Source: Clostridia bacterium (GTDB lineage Bacteria > Bacillota > Clostridia > UMGS1840). Taken from it: a stretch of 64,000 nt of DNA. Location: NCBI GenBank assembly GCA_045631485.1, contig JAZQUU010000038.1:89856-153855 (forward strand), read 5' to 3'. Under the pieces are notes generated by a model, which worked only from the letters and a program-made list of their open reading frames with translations, was not told the DNA's origin and ran no database searches. The translations under genes were made by a program, and so were the position numbers. Shown piece by piece: positions 35,301-45,585 of this stretch (positions within the stretch are counted from its first letter, which is position 1; each line of letters opens with the position of its first letter).

Positions 35301-35430
35301 CAAGGGTCACCAGGCATCCTGCCGTGGGTTTTCTCTGAGCGTTCACTTTTTGCAGACGGTTGTTCTGGTCCTGATACAAGAACCACATAAATGCCGCAAA
35401 AATCAGTATGATAATGGTGGAAGTGTGCAT
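32377..35430 (-). CDS. fused double GT-C membrane glycosyltransferase (Gpi18/ArnT-like N-module plus PMT/GT39-like C-module)
   Basis: 1017 aa with more than 20 predicted TM spans. N-module: YEVDMNTYTAWMERAAGG...YFCDYPPLY. After a ~140-aa soluble linker, C-module: FYFDEIYHGRAAYEY...THPPLGKLLMTIGISLFG. Confidence 0.65.
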   Translation of the reverse strand: MHTSTIIILIFAAFMWFLYQDQNNRLQKVNAQRKPTAGCLVTLGVITLIKILISPYFKGYEVDMNTYTAWMERAAGGLNGFYADGYFCDYPPLYIMMTGLFGWVKNLLGGGEYLTKLFVKMPGMIAEGLIGYELLSAYSKRYPQNKQLPFTVMLALLPSFLITGTYWGQTDGIFCYLMLLTFRFLLEEKLTRSALLFTLSALTKPQSFLFAPLVAILFAKSDSLVLVPVWKDKFPKAVKIIWNLAVTFIFALAIMSISMIPFRNGVPDLMFLVKKYTETFSSYPYASLNTFNLFGLLNGNMRNLTDNFLFLTFEKWGTILMAVCVMGGILAVIFNRDKKNLFLIFGTYLFAIVMLGSKMHERYWYFVPLLLLLAFVFTGKKKYFGIFCTLELTYFLNLDFALKYLSGVSDPYYNMIFVVGSIVNLAILWYLVRDIYMTIRADYPQKEKKIREYSEQFNWKSAVALLCVMVVFGGCAFYRLGSTDNTPKTYAKVAKGQSVTFQFSETENLAEIRYFAGYGLRNFKLRQVSADINQYINFSGKQEKSTYVFSWQQEKLPVYPTDAVVLEVLDNGSDAITEWGEFMFLDAQGEVIAYTVSAPNGTDVAAFSDEPHTVPDVPSYENSFYFDEIYHGRAAYEYKNDLSMYETTHPPLGKLLMTIGISLFGWNMLGVRFMGVAIAIAMIPVFYLLAKRLLRYNKVAFLTTVLFTFGFMHLSHTRIASIDSFMVFFIVAAFAFLLEFVHEYVQGGVNWKSLTFLGISGVMFGCGAAVKWAAIYPGIGLGSIYLFAIWMRYQRAPKNTQAGKLIAWSLGLYALIPFMIYYLSYIPYFECFDQTLTWQNFVSTQQHMFNYHSQLTATHPYSASWYEWMINAKPLWMHQGVLLENGSRETIATFGNPILLWGGLAGMIYLLVHSVKNKKVSLSAFVILAGYLSQMLPWMFVTRCTFMYHYFPMVCFLALGLGYYWKQVAKKGKSLWIPLGVCVATIALFVVFYPVLTGVVATPEYINQLKIMPNWTF

Positions 35431-35463
35431 AGATTCACGTTCCTTTCTTGTGATTTATCAAAC

Positions 35464-36714
35464 TTATCGGTTGGAAGAATCTTCCTGCCATTTGCATTTT
35501 CTGCGAAGCATGGAATTTTTGGGGAACGGCGTATCGCAGGCAATACTCACAATCTGTTGCGCGTGGGGTGCCGATTCCATTTCTCCCCCATCGGGATTAC
35601 GAAGGTCGGAAGCCGCCAAAAGAACGCTTTCGCCTTTGGTGGTCAACACATCTAAAATATCATCCCGATAGAATTTATTTCGTTGCTCAATGTAGAGCCG
35701 TTTATTTTCACTATCGTAGTCTGTCACCACGCCGACTAAGGTGTAATCCCTCACATAATCGGAAGTATGCACCAGTTGTCCGTCTGCATAGGGATTGCCG
35801 AAATAAAAGCCCTTGCAATACTCACGGTGACTTACTTTGTTCACTTCCTCCAACACTTCGGGAGGGAGATTATAGTTGTCGGGGTCTTTTTTCAAAATAT
35901 CCAACGCTTTGCGATATGCATTGGTGGTAACTGCCACATAGTAAGGCGTTTTCATTCTGCCCTCAATTTTAAAGGAGGTAATCCCCGCCTTTGCCATTTG
36001 GTCCAGATGCTCAATCATACACATATCCTTGGCATTCATAATGTAGGTTCCGTGTTCGGAGCCGCCGATAGTGAAAGGATAATTGGGGCGTTTTTCTTCA
36101 TATAATTTATATTTCCAACGGCAAGGCTGCGCACATTCGCCGCGGTTGGAATCTCTGCCCGTCATATAGGCGGAAAGCAAGCATCTGCCCGAATAGGAAA
36201 TACACATCGCACCGTGACAAAAAGCTTCCAAATCCAAATCGGGATTGGTGTTTGCACGAACGGTGGCAATTTCATCTAAGGTCAGTTCTCTTGCTAATAC
36301 CACCCGTTTTGCGCCCATATCATAGTAGGTGTTGCAGGCAACGGAATTTAGGATGTTTGCCTGGGTGCTCATATGAACCTCTAAGTCGGGACACCATTTT
36401 TTGATAAGGCATAATGCTCCCAAATCGGAAGCGATCACTGCATCAACACCCATTTCGTAGGCTTCCTTGATGGCACGCTCCAACGTGGAAAAATCTCCGT
36501 CTCGCATCACCATATTGCAGGCACCGTACAGTTTCATATTGTATTTTTTCTTGATTTCGATTGCTTTTTGTAAGTAATCTCCCGAGAATAGCTGCTGGGG
36601 TGCTCTTAGCGACAGTCCGTTTAAGCCGATGTAGGCGGCATCCGCGCCGTAAACCCCTGCGGTTTCCAACTTTTCCAAGTCCCCTGCAGGAGATAAAAGC
36701 TCTAATTTATCCAT
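35464..36714 (-). CDS. peptidase U32-family protein (TrhP/YrrO-like, probable tRNA U34 hydroxylation factor)
   Basis: LELLSPAGDLEKLETAGVYGADAAYIG N-terminus, plus E.FCHGAMCISYSGRCLLS and GRDSNRGECAQPCRW Cys motifs characteristic of U32. Confidence 0.8.
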   Translation of the reverse strand: MDKLELLSPAGDLEKLETAGVYGADAAYIGLNGLSLRAPQQLFSGDYLQKAIEIKKKYNMKLYGACNMVMRDGDFSTLERAIKEAYEMGVDAVIASDLGALCLIKKWCPDLEVHMSTQANILNSVACNTYYDMGAKRVVLARELTLDEIATVRANTNPDLDLEAFCHGAMCISYSGRCLLSAYMTGRDSNRGECAQPCRWKYKLYEEKRPNYPFTIGGSEHGTYIMNAKDMCMIEHLDQMAKAGITSFKIEGRMKTPYYVAVTTNAYRKALDILKKDPDNYNLPPEVLEEVNKVSHREYCKGFYFGNPYADGQLVHTSDYVRDYTLVGVVTDYDSENKRLYIEQRNKFYRDDILDVLTTKGESVLLAASDLRNPDGGEMESAPHAQQIVSIACDTPFPKNSMLRRKCKWQEDSSNR

Positions 36715-36740
36715 ATTATTTTCCTCAAATTTATTCTAAA

Positions 36741-37394
36741 TTATCGTTTGATGGTCAAAGAAACGCCGTCGCCGATGGGAATGACCACGGTTTCCAATTC
36801 TTCGTCGTGGCTGATGGCATCTAAGTACATCCGAAGCCGTTTTACAATGGTTTTTTTGCGGAGAATCAACAGGTCGTCGTTTGCTACCATTCCTTTGTAA
36901 AGCACATTATCGGTGACCAACACCCCACCCTTGGGAAGCAGTTTCTTTAAATAGGGAATGTAGTCATAATACTGGCCTTTGGCACTGTCCAAAAAGATAA
37001 AATCAAAGGTTTCGCCTTCTTGCACCAATTCTTCCAAAACATCCATTCCGTCACCGTTTTTGGGGAAAATCCGTTTTTTTAATCCTCGTTCTTCAAACAA
37101 TTTGCATGCCTCTGCAAAATTTTCGGGATTTTTTTCCACGGTAATGATGGTAGCATCGTTCCCGATAGCTTTTGATAAAATCACAGCGGAACAACCGATA
37201 CCCGTGCCTAATTCCAACACCTTTTTGGGTTGCTTTAACATCGCTAATAAATAAAGCAACTTGGTGGTTTCGGGTTTTGCAACGGGGATATCTTTATCCA
37301 TGGCAAAATCGTATAACTTAGTCACATCTTCCGTCACCAGGGAACGGATATAGCGCAAAATAAATTCAAAATTGATATACTGTTCTTCAATCAT
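36741..37394 (-). CDS. trmR: class I SAM-dependent O-methyltransferase, TrmR/YrrM family
   Basis: By eye it aligns along its full length to B. subtilis YrrM (KQPKKVLELGTGIGCSA, FDFIFLDSAKGQY, VTDNVLYKGMVA, IPIGDGVSL). Adjacent to a U32 gene, as in yrrMNO. Confidence 0.7.
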   Translation of the reverse strand: MIEEQYINFEFILRYIRSLVTEDVTKLYDFAMDKDIPVAKPETTKLLYLLAMLKQPKKVLELGTGIGCSAVILSKAIGNDATIITVEKNPENFAEACKLFEERGLKKRIFPKNGDGMDVLEELVQEGETFDFIFLDSAKGQYYDYIPYLKKLLPKGGVLVTDNVLYKGMVANDDLLILRKKTIVKRLRMYLDAISHDEELETVVIPIGDGVSLTIKR

Positions 37395-37425
37395 AATATT
37401 TTTCCTTTTTTGATAGGGGGATAGA

Positions 37426-37491
37426 AAAGCTTTGTACCCCTTCTGCTGTTGTGAAGCCTTCTGCAGACTTCCCTGTGTAAGGGGAGGCTTT
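37426..37491 (-). terminator. long imperfect hairpin plus T-run after the 37596..38141 gene
   Basis: aaagc..cccctt (37426-37442) pairs with aagggg..gcttt (37479-37491). ttttct follows on the minus strand. Confidence 0.4.
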
Positions 37492-37595
37492 GTTCTGCAT
37501 TCTACAACACTGTTACGACAAAGACTGTATCATCTGGATGCCAGTCGTTTTCATCAGTAGTTCGTGTTGATTTAGGATAAAAAACATAAGCTTTT

Positions 37596-38141
37596 TCAAC
37601 CCACTCGTTTCTTCTGTAGTACATTTAAAATAACATTTACAATTACCGCAATCAATGTTCCTAAAAAACAACCAATCGGAAAATATCTTAAAGCGAAAAA
37701 AAGTGAATCATAAGTATTCAACGGAAATATGATATCTGCACTTATATAAAATACAATCAATATACTAATATACTCAAGTGCATATACCATGCCAAAAAAC
37801 AAAGATGATGAAATTATGTACTTCAAATATCCTTTAAAGTCTTTAAATCTGCATAATATGATAGGTACAAGTGATGCCAAACACACACCCACAGTTTTAA
37901 CAGTATTAAACGAGATTCCATTTATAACCTCATGCGTTTCCTGATATGTAATAAACCCGCTTCCTTCACACAATGCACAAACCACACAAGAAAAAACAAT
38001 GTGAATTATTCCAGTTATTAGTCCACTCAACACTCCTCTTTTCACATTGACATCATGTGATTTTTTGTGCAAAATTTTAAAAACAGTAAAGCTTAATGTT
38101 ATAACAATAATGATCGCTGCTAAAGATGTAAAAATACTCAT
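37596..38141 (-). CDS. hypothetical polytopic membrane protein (AT-rich gene)
   Basis: 181 aa with ~5 hydrophobic spans and no recognised motif. Visibly more AT-rich than the flanking prmA and trmR genes. Confidence 0.5.
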   Translation of the reverse strand: MSIFTSLAAIIIVITLSFTVFKILHKKSHDVNVKRGVLSGLITGIIHIVFSCVVCALCEGSGFITYQETHEVINGISFNTVKTVGVCLASLVPIILCRFKDFKGYLKYIISSSLFFGMVYALEYISILIVFYISADIIFPLNTYDSLFFALRYFPIGCFLGTLIAVIVNVILNVLQKKRVG

Positions 38142-38226
38142 ATCATAAATTACTCCTTTCTACAATATTCAGCATATTTTACTATAAAGGATGTAAGGTT
38201 TAGCTTTGCAAGAAAGTTATATAGCC

Positions 38227-39117
38227 TTACGCCAATCGTAATGCCAAACCGCACCAATCGTGGTCCACGATTTTTTCAACCAATTGGAAGCCGTTTGCTT
38301 CTGCAGAGGCTAAAATTTCGTGGCATCTTTCTTCCAAAATGCCCGATAAAATCAGAACACCGTCAGGATTTAAGCACTGCTTCACATCTTTTAATAAAAT
38401 GAGCAATACATCCACAATAATATTGGCGGTAATAATATCAAAAGTTTCTTCTCCGACACATTCCAAAAGGTCGCCGCAACGAACATCGCAGATATCAGAA
38501 AAACCGTTCTTTTCGATGTTGATTTTTGCGGTGTCCACCGCCACGGGGTCAATATCGGTTGCCACCAGTTCGGTAACGCCCAGCATACCGCCGATGATGG
38601 CTAAAATTCCGCTACCTGTGCCGATATCAAGCATTTTGGTTTGGTCTTTTTGGTATTTGCAAATGAGTCTTGCACAAGCCTGAGTGGTTTCGTGGGTACC
38701 GGTACCGAATGCGGCACCGCTATCCAGTTCCAGCACTTTTTCATTGGGTAACGGTTCATAGTCTAGCCAAGCGGGTTTTACCACCAAAGTGTCGGTAATC
38801 TTTACGATTTTGGCAAACTGTTTCCAGTTATCCTTCCATTCGGAATCATTGGCACCCCGAACAGACACCGAAAAGCCGTTTTCGGTGAGCAAATTATATA
38901 AATCTTCCGCTTCTTTGGCAGTTTCCAAACACACGGTGATATAGGCATCTCCCGTGTCTCTTTCGTCTTTTAAAAGCCAGGGCATTTCTGCCATAATGTC
39001 GGCTTCCAATTTTGGGTCGGTAACAAAATAATTATAAATATCGTGAATCACAAGGAAGTTTTCCGCATCTTCGGTCATCCCTGCATCACAAGTGATTTTT
39101 AACTCAAAATAATCCAT
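38227..39117 (-). CDS. prmA: ribosomal protein L11 methyltransferase
   Basis: PWLDYEP-type motif (KPAWLDYEPL), GAAFGTGTHETT, MLDIGTGSGILAI. Confidence 0.85.
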   Translation of the reverse strand: MDYFELKITCDAGMTEDAENFLVIHDIYNYFVTDPKLEADIMAEMPWLLKDERDTGDAYITVCLETAKEAEDLYNLLTENGFSVSVRGANDSEWKDNWKQFAKIVKITDTLVVKPAWLDYEPLPNEKVLELDSGAAFGTGTHETTQACARLICKYQKDQTKMLDIGTGSGILAIIGGMLGVTELVATDIDPVAVDTAKINIEKNGFSDICDVRCGDLLECVGEETFDIITANIIVDVLLILLKDVKQCLNPDGVLILSGILEERCHEILASAEANGFQLVEKIVDHDWCGLALRLA

Positions 39118-39181
39118 TTTTTATCCTTTTTTTCTTGTTTCCAAACGTGCAAAAAAGGGGTCGGAGAACCCCTTTTTCACC

Positions 39182-41692
39182 TTATTCTTCTGTATTTTCA
39201 GTATTTTCAGTAATTTCGGCATTTTCTGCACCTTCCGTTGCTTCCTCGGTATCGGAAGATTCCTCTTCTTCACGGGGTGCTCTTGCCACAGATACCACCT
39301 TCACATCCGCATCGGGACGCATTAAGATAACGCCCTGGGTGTTTCTGCCAACGGTGTTGATATCTTCCGCTTTCAAACGAATCACAACACCTGCAGAGGT
39401 GATAATCATAACGTCATCGCCGTCTTTAATGGAACGAACACCTGCAATATTACCTGTTTTTTCGGTAATTTTGTAGGTTTTAACGCCCATACCACCACGG
39501 TTTTGCACCTTATATTCACTGTAAGGAGTACGTTTTCCTAAGCCGTTTTCGGAAACAATCAGAAGCTCGGTATCATCGTGAACCACGCTCATACCAACCA
39601 GACGGTCATTTTCTTTCAGCTTGATACCGCGAACACCACGGGTAACACGTCCCTGACTTCTGATATCGCTGATTTTAAAGCGGATAGACATACCTAAGTA
39701 GGTGGTCAGAACCACTTCTTCGTCGTCGGTTACAATCTTAACCTGCATCAGCTCGTCATCCTCGTCCATCGCAATGGCACGAAGACCGCCGGAACGGTTG
39801 GTGTCGTATTCCATCAGTTCGGTTTTCTTGATAACACCGTTTTTGGTGGTCATAACCAAGTATTTATCTTCTTCGAAATCTCTCATGGGAATGGTTGCCG
39901 AAATGGTTTCACCCGGCTCTAAATTTAAGAGGTTTACGATTGCGGTACCTTTCGCCGTACGGGAGGCTTCGGGAATCTGATATGCTTTTAATTTGAACAC
40001 TCTGCCCGTGTTGGTAAAGAACAGAATATAGTTATGGGTGGAAGTAACAAACAGTTCTTCCACAAAGTCTTCTTCACGGGTGGAAAGACCTGCGATCCCC
40101 CGTCCGCCTCTGTGCTGACTCTTAAAGGTGTCGGTAGGCTGACGTTTCACATAACCCAAGTGGGTTAAGGAGATAACCATATCTTCTTCTTCGATTAAGT
40201 CTTCATCATCTATCTGAGAATAATCAAAGGTGATTTTGGTGCGTCTTGCATCGCCGTATTTATCCTTGATTTCGGTGAGTTCCGTTTTGATGATGTCTAA
40301 TACCATCTGTTCGGAGGATAAAATTTCGGTGTAATAAGCAATTTGCTTAATGATTTCTGCTAATTCGTTTTCAATCTTTTCTTTTTCCAGGCCTTGCAAT
40401 TTCTGGAGTCTCATATCCAAAATTGCCTGTGCCTGAATTTCGGTGAAGCCGAATTTTTCCACCAGGTTTTCTTTTGCATTGTTATAAGATGCACGGATGG
40501 TGGCGATGACTTCATCAATATGGTCTAACGCTTTCTTTAAGCCTTCTAAAATATGAGCTCTTGCTTCGGCTTTTCTCTTATCGTAAATGGTTCTTCTTAC
40601 GATAATGTCTTTTTGGTGATTGATGTAGCAATCCAGCACTTCACGGATGTTTAACACCTTGGGCTGACCATCAACCAAAGCCAACATAATTACCCCGAAG
40701 GTATCCTGCATCTGAGTGTATTTATAGAGGTTATTTAACACGATATTGGCTGCCGCATCTTTTTTCACTTCAATCACGATACGAACGCCAACATCCTTAT
40801 CGGATTCGTCACGAAGGTCTGCGATGCCTTCCAAACGTTTTTCGTGTACCAATTCTGCGATTTTTTCAATCAGACGAGCTTTGTTTACCTGATAGGGCAG
40901 TTCGGTTACAATAATTCTCTGACGGTTGCCGTCATCCTCGATTTCCGCTTGGGCACGAACGATCACCTTACCACGGCCTGTCTGGAAATAGGAACGGATA
41001 CCGCTTTTTCCCATAATGTTACCTGCGGTGGGAAAATCGGGACCCTTGATATATTCCATAATTTCTTCGATGGTGATTTCGGGATTATCAATGGTGGCAC
41101 AAATGGCATCAATACATTCGGTTAAGTTATGAGGCGGAATGTTGGTTGCCATACCAACCGCAATCCCAGCAGAACCGTTTACCAACAGATTGGGGAAACG
41201 GGAGGGCAACACGGTGGGTTCTTTTAATCGTTCATCAAAGTTGGGTGCAAAATCAACGGTTTCTTTGTCGATTTCTTTAAGCATCAACTGCGCTAAGCGT
41301 GCCATTCTTGCTTCGGTGTAACGATAAGCAGCGGCAGGGTCACCGTCGATAGAACCGAAGTTCCCCTGACCGTCTACCAAAGGATAACGAAGGGAAAAGT
41401 CCTGGGCTAAACGAACCAATGCATCATAAACGGATGCGTCACCGTGAGGATGGTAACGACCCAACACGTCACCAACGGTGGTTGCACATTTTCTGTATGC
41501 CTTTTCGGGAGTTAACCCGTCTTCGTGCATGGTGTATAAAATTCTTCTGTGTACCGGTTTTAAACCATCCCGCACATCAGGCAAGGCTCTTGCCACGATA
41601 ACCGACATGGAATATGCCAGATAGGCAGATTTCATCTCATGGACCAAATCCACCGGAACAATATGCTCATTTTCAAACATTTGAGTATCCAT
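39182..41692 (-). CDS. gyrA: DNA gyrase subunit A
   Basis: [50 protein letters not shown] (QRDR), catalytic Y in [12 protein letters not shown]-terminal beta-pinwheel repeats and an acidic tail. Confidence 0.97.
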   Translation of the reverse strand: MDTQMFENEHIVPVDLVHEMKSAYLAYSMSVIVARALPDVRDGLKPVHRRILYTMHEDGLTPEKAYRKCATTVGDVLGRYHPHGDASVYDALVRLAQDFSLRYPLVDGQGNFGSIDGDPAAAYRYTEARMARLAQLMLKEIDKETVDFAPNFDERLKEPTVLPSRFPNLLVNGSAGIAVGMATNIPPHNLTECIDAICATIDNPEITIEEIMEYIKGPDFPTAGNIMGKSGIRSYFQTGRGKVIVRAQAEIEDDGNRQRIIVTELPYQVNKARLIEKIAELVHEKRLEGIADLRDESDKDVGVRIVIEVKKDAAANIVLNNLYKYTQMQDTFGVIMLALVDGQPKVLNIREVLDCYINHQKDIIVRRTIYDKRKAEARAHILEGLKKALDHIDEVIATIRASYNNAKENLVEKFGFTEIQAQAILDMRLQKLQGLEKEKIENELAEIIKQIAYYTEILSSEQMVLDIIKTELTEIKDKYGDARRTKITFDYSQIDDEDLIEEEDMVISLTHLGYVKRQPTDTFKSQHRGGRGIAGLSTREEDFVEELFVTSTHNYILFFTNTGRVFKLKAYQIPEASRTAKGTAIVNLLNLEPGETISATIPMRDFEEDKYLVMTTKNGVIKKTELMEYDTNRSGGLRAIAMDEDDELMQVKIVTDDEEVVLTTYLGMSIRFKISDIRSQGRVTRGVRGIKLKENDRLVGMSVVHDDTELLIVSENGLGKRTPYSEYKVQNRGGMGVKTYKITEKTGNIAGVRSIKDGDDVMIITSAGVVIRLKAEDINTVGRNTQGVILMRPDADVKVVSVARAPREEEESSDTEEATEGAENAEITENTENTEE

Positions 41693-41716
41693 AAACTGTT
41701 CTTCCTTTCTGACAAA

Positions 41717-43645
<1,929 letters not shown>

Positions 43646-43684
43646 TCATCCTTTCTTATGGGATTTTCTCGTTTGTATCAATTG

Positions 43685-43939
43685 CTAAAACACAAGTCCT
43701 TTTCTATGCTGTATGGTACGGGAAGCGAGGGGGGACAAATACCCCACCTCCACTCCGTCCTTCACGGCGAGGACAAAAGATTTGGGAAGCTCATCCGACA
43801 CGGCAATCAACCGATCGTCCTCTTCCAGCGTCTTTAAGTATTCCATGGTAGAGGGGGACTCCGAAATGTGATCAAAATCGAACACACCGATAATATCCTG
43901 CTCGTTTAACACGAAATCGTTACCGATATGAAGATACAT
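43685..43939 (-). CDS. remB: DUF370 protein, RemB/YaaB-like
   Basis: MYLHIGNDFVLNEQDIIGVFDFD... closely parallels B. subtilis YaaB. Lies immediately upstream of gyrB, as in Bacillus. Confidence 0.75.
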   Translation of the reverse strand: MYLHIGNDFVLNEQDIIGVFDFDHISESPSTMEYLKTLEEDDRLIAVSDELPKSFVLAVKDGVEVGYLSPLASRTIQHRKGLVF

Positions 43940-44111
43940 TCTGTCCCCTCCTCTCTTTTTTATCGGGAAAGCAGTTTCATTTTTCCCTACGGGAAAAATG
44001 AAAAAATATAAATATAATATACCTATATTATTCTAACACAAAACCTATCGGTTGTAAAGAGTTTTTATGAAAAAAATCCCGAAAATTTCCGAAAAAATGC
44101 GCAAAAAACCG

Positions 44112-44459
44112 TTATTTTTTCATCTGTTTTATAAGTTCCTCTTCCCCGCACACCAAAACATCGGTTTCCCCGCCGAAAAACTTTGCGATTCTTCGGGCAA
44201 CACACCCCTCTTTATCCCTTGTTACCGCAATGATTTTACGCTCGCAGATACCCGTGTCGTTCTTATAATTTTCAAAGAGCAACGAGCGCACCATTTCCTC
44301 GGCATACAGGTCTTCCTCCTCCACACATAAAAGAGTGCAGATACATTTTCCCCGCAGATATTTTCTCTCCAGGAAAAAAGAGCGCAGAAAAAATATCAAC
44401 GAAAAAATCCCGTATGCCGAAAAAAACAGCATACACCCGTAAAACAATCCGTCACACAT
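44112..44459 (-). CDS. hypothetical protein with an N-terminal membrane anchor
   Basis: 115-aa ORF with one hydrophobic N-terminal span. No motif recognised. Confidence 0.35.
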   Translation of the reverse strand: MCDGLFYGCMLFFSAYGIFSLIFFLRSFFLERKYLRGKCICTLLCVEEEDLYAEEMVRSLLFENYKNDTGICERKIIAVTRDKEGCVARRIAKFFGGETDVLVCGEEELIKQMKK

Positions 44460-44571
44460 TTTTTACCTCCCGGTTTCTCACCTTTTACAATTACCCGTTC
44501 TCTTCGCTAATTCATTTTATGCCAACTGTTTTTTCGAGGTGAAAGAAAAACACACAAAAACAAAAAATCTA

Positions 44572-44600
44572 TTGACAAAATCCCTTTTCTGTAGCATACT
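44572..44600 (+). promoter_or_regulatory. sigma-A-type promoter for the deacetylase/mutS2 unit
   Basis: TTGACA (44572-44577), 17-nt spacer, CATACT (44595-44600). Confidence 0.45.
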
Positions 44601-44657
44601 GTTAATACCATTTGAAACGATATGCCCTAAAGGGCATTTTGATAGAAGGAGTCCGTT

Positions 44658-45569
44658 ATGCCACAAAATTCATCCAACCGCAATCAAAACTTGATAATCT
44701 GCGTGGTTCTGCTGCTTTTGGTATGTTTTCTTTCGGGAGCGGAAATATTTTGGAATTCCCCCGAAAAAACAACCGAAACCGTTACTGTTTCGGCAGAACC
44801 TGCACCGTCAGCCGCACCGTCAGGAACCCCCTCCGCAACACCGTCCCCCACGCCATTTCCCACTAATGAACCCGAGAAATTGAGCGTGTCCCAAGACCCG
44901 TCGGACCCCTATCCCGATTTGTACGGGGATAATCCCGACCAACAGTTTGTAACCGGCGAAGAAGGGGTTGTTTATCTGACCTTTGATGACGGGCCATCCG
45001 ATTCTACTCCCGCACTCCTCAACGTGTTAAAAGAAGAAGGGGTACCCGCTACCTTTTTTATCGCATCAGACAAACGCCCCGATTTGTTAAAGCAAATTTA
45101 TGATGACGGGCATTCCATCGGGGTACATACCTATTCCCACGATTATCACTATGTTTATTGGACCAAAAGTGCTTACTTAGCAGACTTTTCCCGTTGCTAC
45201 TATGCCATCTGGGATGCCACGGGATACCGTACCCGTATTTTTCGGTTCCCCGGAGGAAGTGTGAATTCCTATAACCGCCATCTGGTTTGGGATTTAGTTA
45301 CGGAAATGAACAATCGAGGCTTCGTTTACTACGACTGGAATGTTACCTCCGAGGACGCTTCCACCGCAAAAACCTATGAAGAACAACTTGACAATCTCAT
45401 CACCCAGTCCGAAAACAAAAAACGCGTCATCGCCTTGATGCACGATACCAAAAAGAACAGCGATATCTCCTTGGTGGTAAAAGATTATATCACCCACATG
45501 AAAGAAAAAGGTTACCGTTTTGCGGCGCTGAATTCTTCGGTAGAACCCATCCATTTCCCAATGCCTTAA
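44658..45569 (+). CDS. polysaccharide deacetylase (NodB homology) family protein, membrane-anchored
   Basis: GAAGGAG RBS. N-terminal TM span and a Pro/Ser/Thr linker. Motifs VYLTFDDGPSD, HTYSHD, FRFPGGS. Confidence 0.85.
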   Translation: MPQNSSNRNQNLIICVVLLLLVCFLSGAEIFWNSPEKTTETVTVSAEPAPSAAPSGTPSATPSPTPFPTNEPEKLSVSQDPSDPYPDLYGDNPDQQFVTGEEGVVYLTFDDGPSDSTPALLNVLKEEGVPATFFIASDKRPDLLKQIYDDGHSIGVHTYSHDYHYVYWTKSAYLADFSRCYYAIWDATGYRTRIFRFPGGSVNSYNRHLVWDLVTEMNNRGFVYYDWNVTSEDASTAKTYEEQLDNLITQSENKKRVIALMHDTKKNSDISLVVKDYITHMKEKGYRFAALNSSVEPIHFPMP

Positions 45570-45585
45570 GAAAGGATTATGAAAA

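Noticed and set aside
39182-39260. Short tandem nucleotide repeat (tattttcag-like units) at the gyrA 3' end
   Set aside because: It simply encodes the acidic Glu/Thr/Asn-rich tail (TENTENTEE). Acidic GyrA tails are a known ordinary feature.
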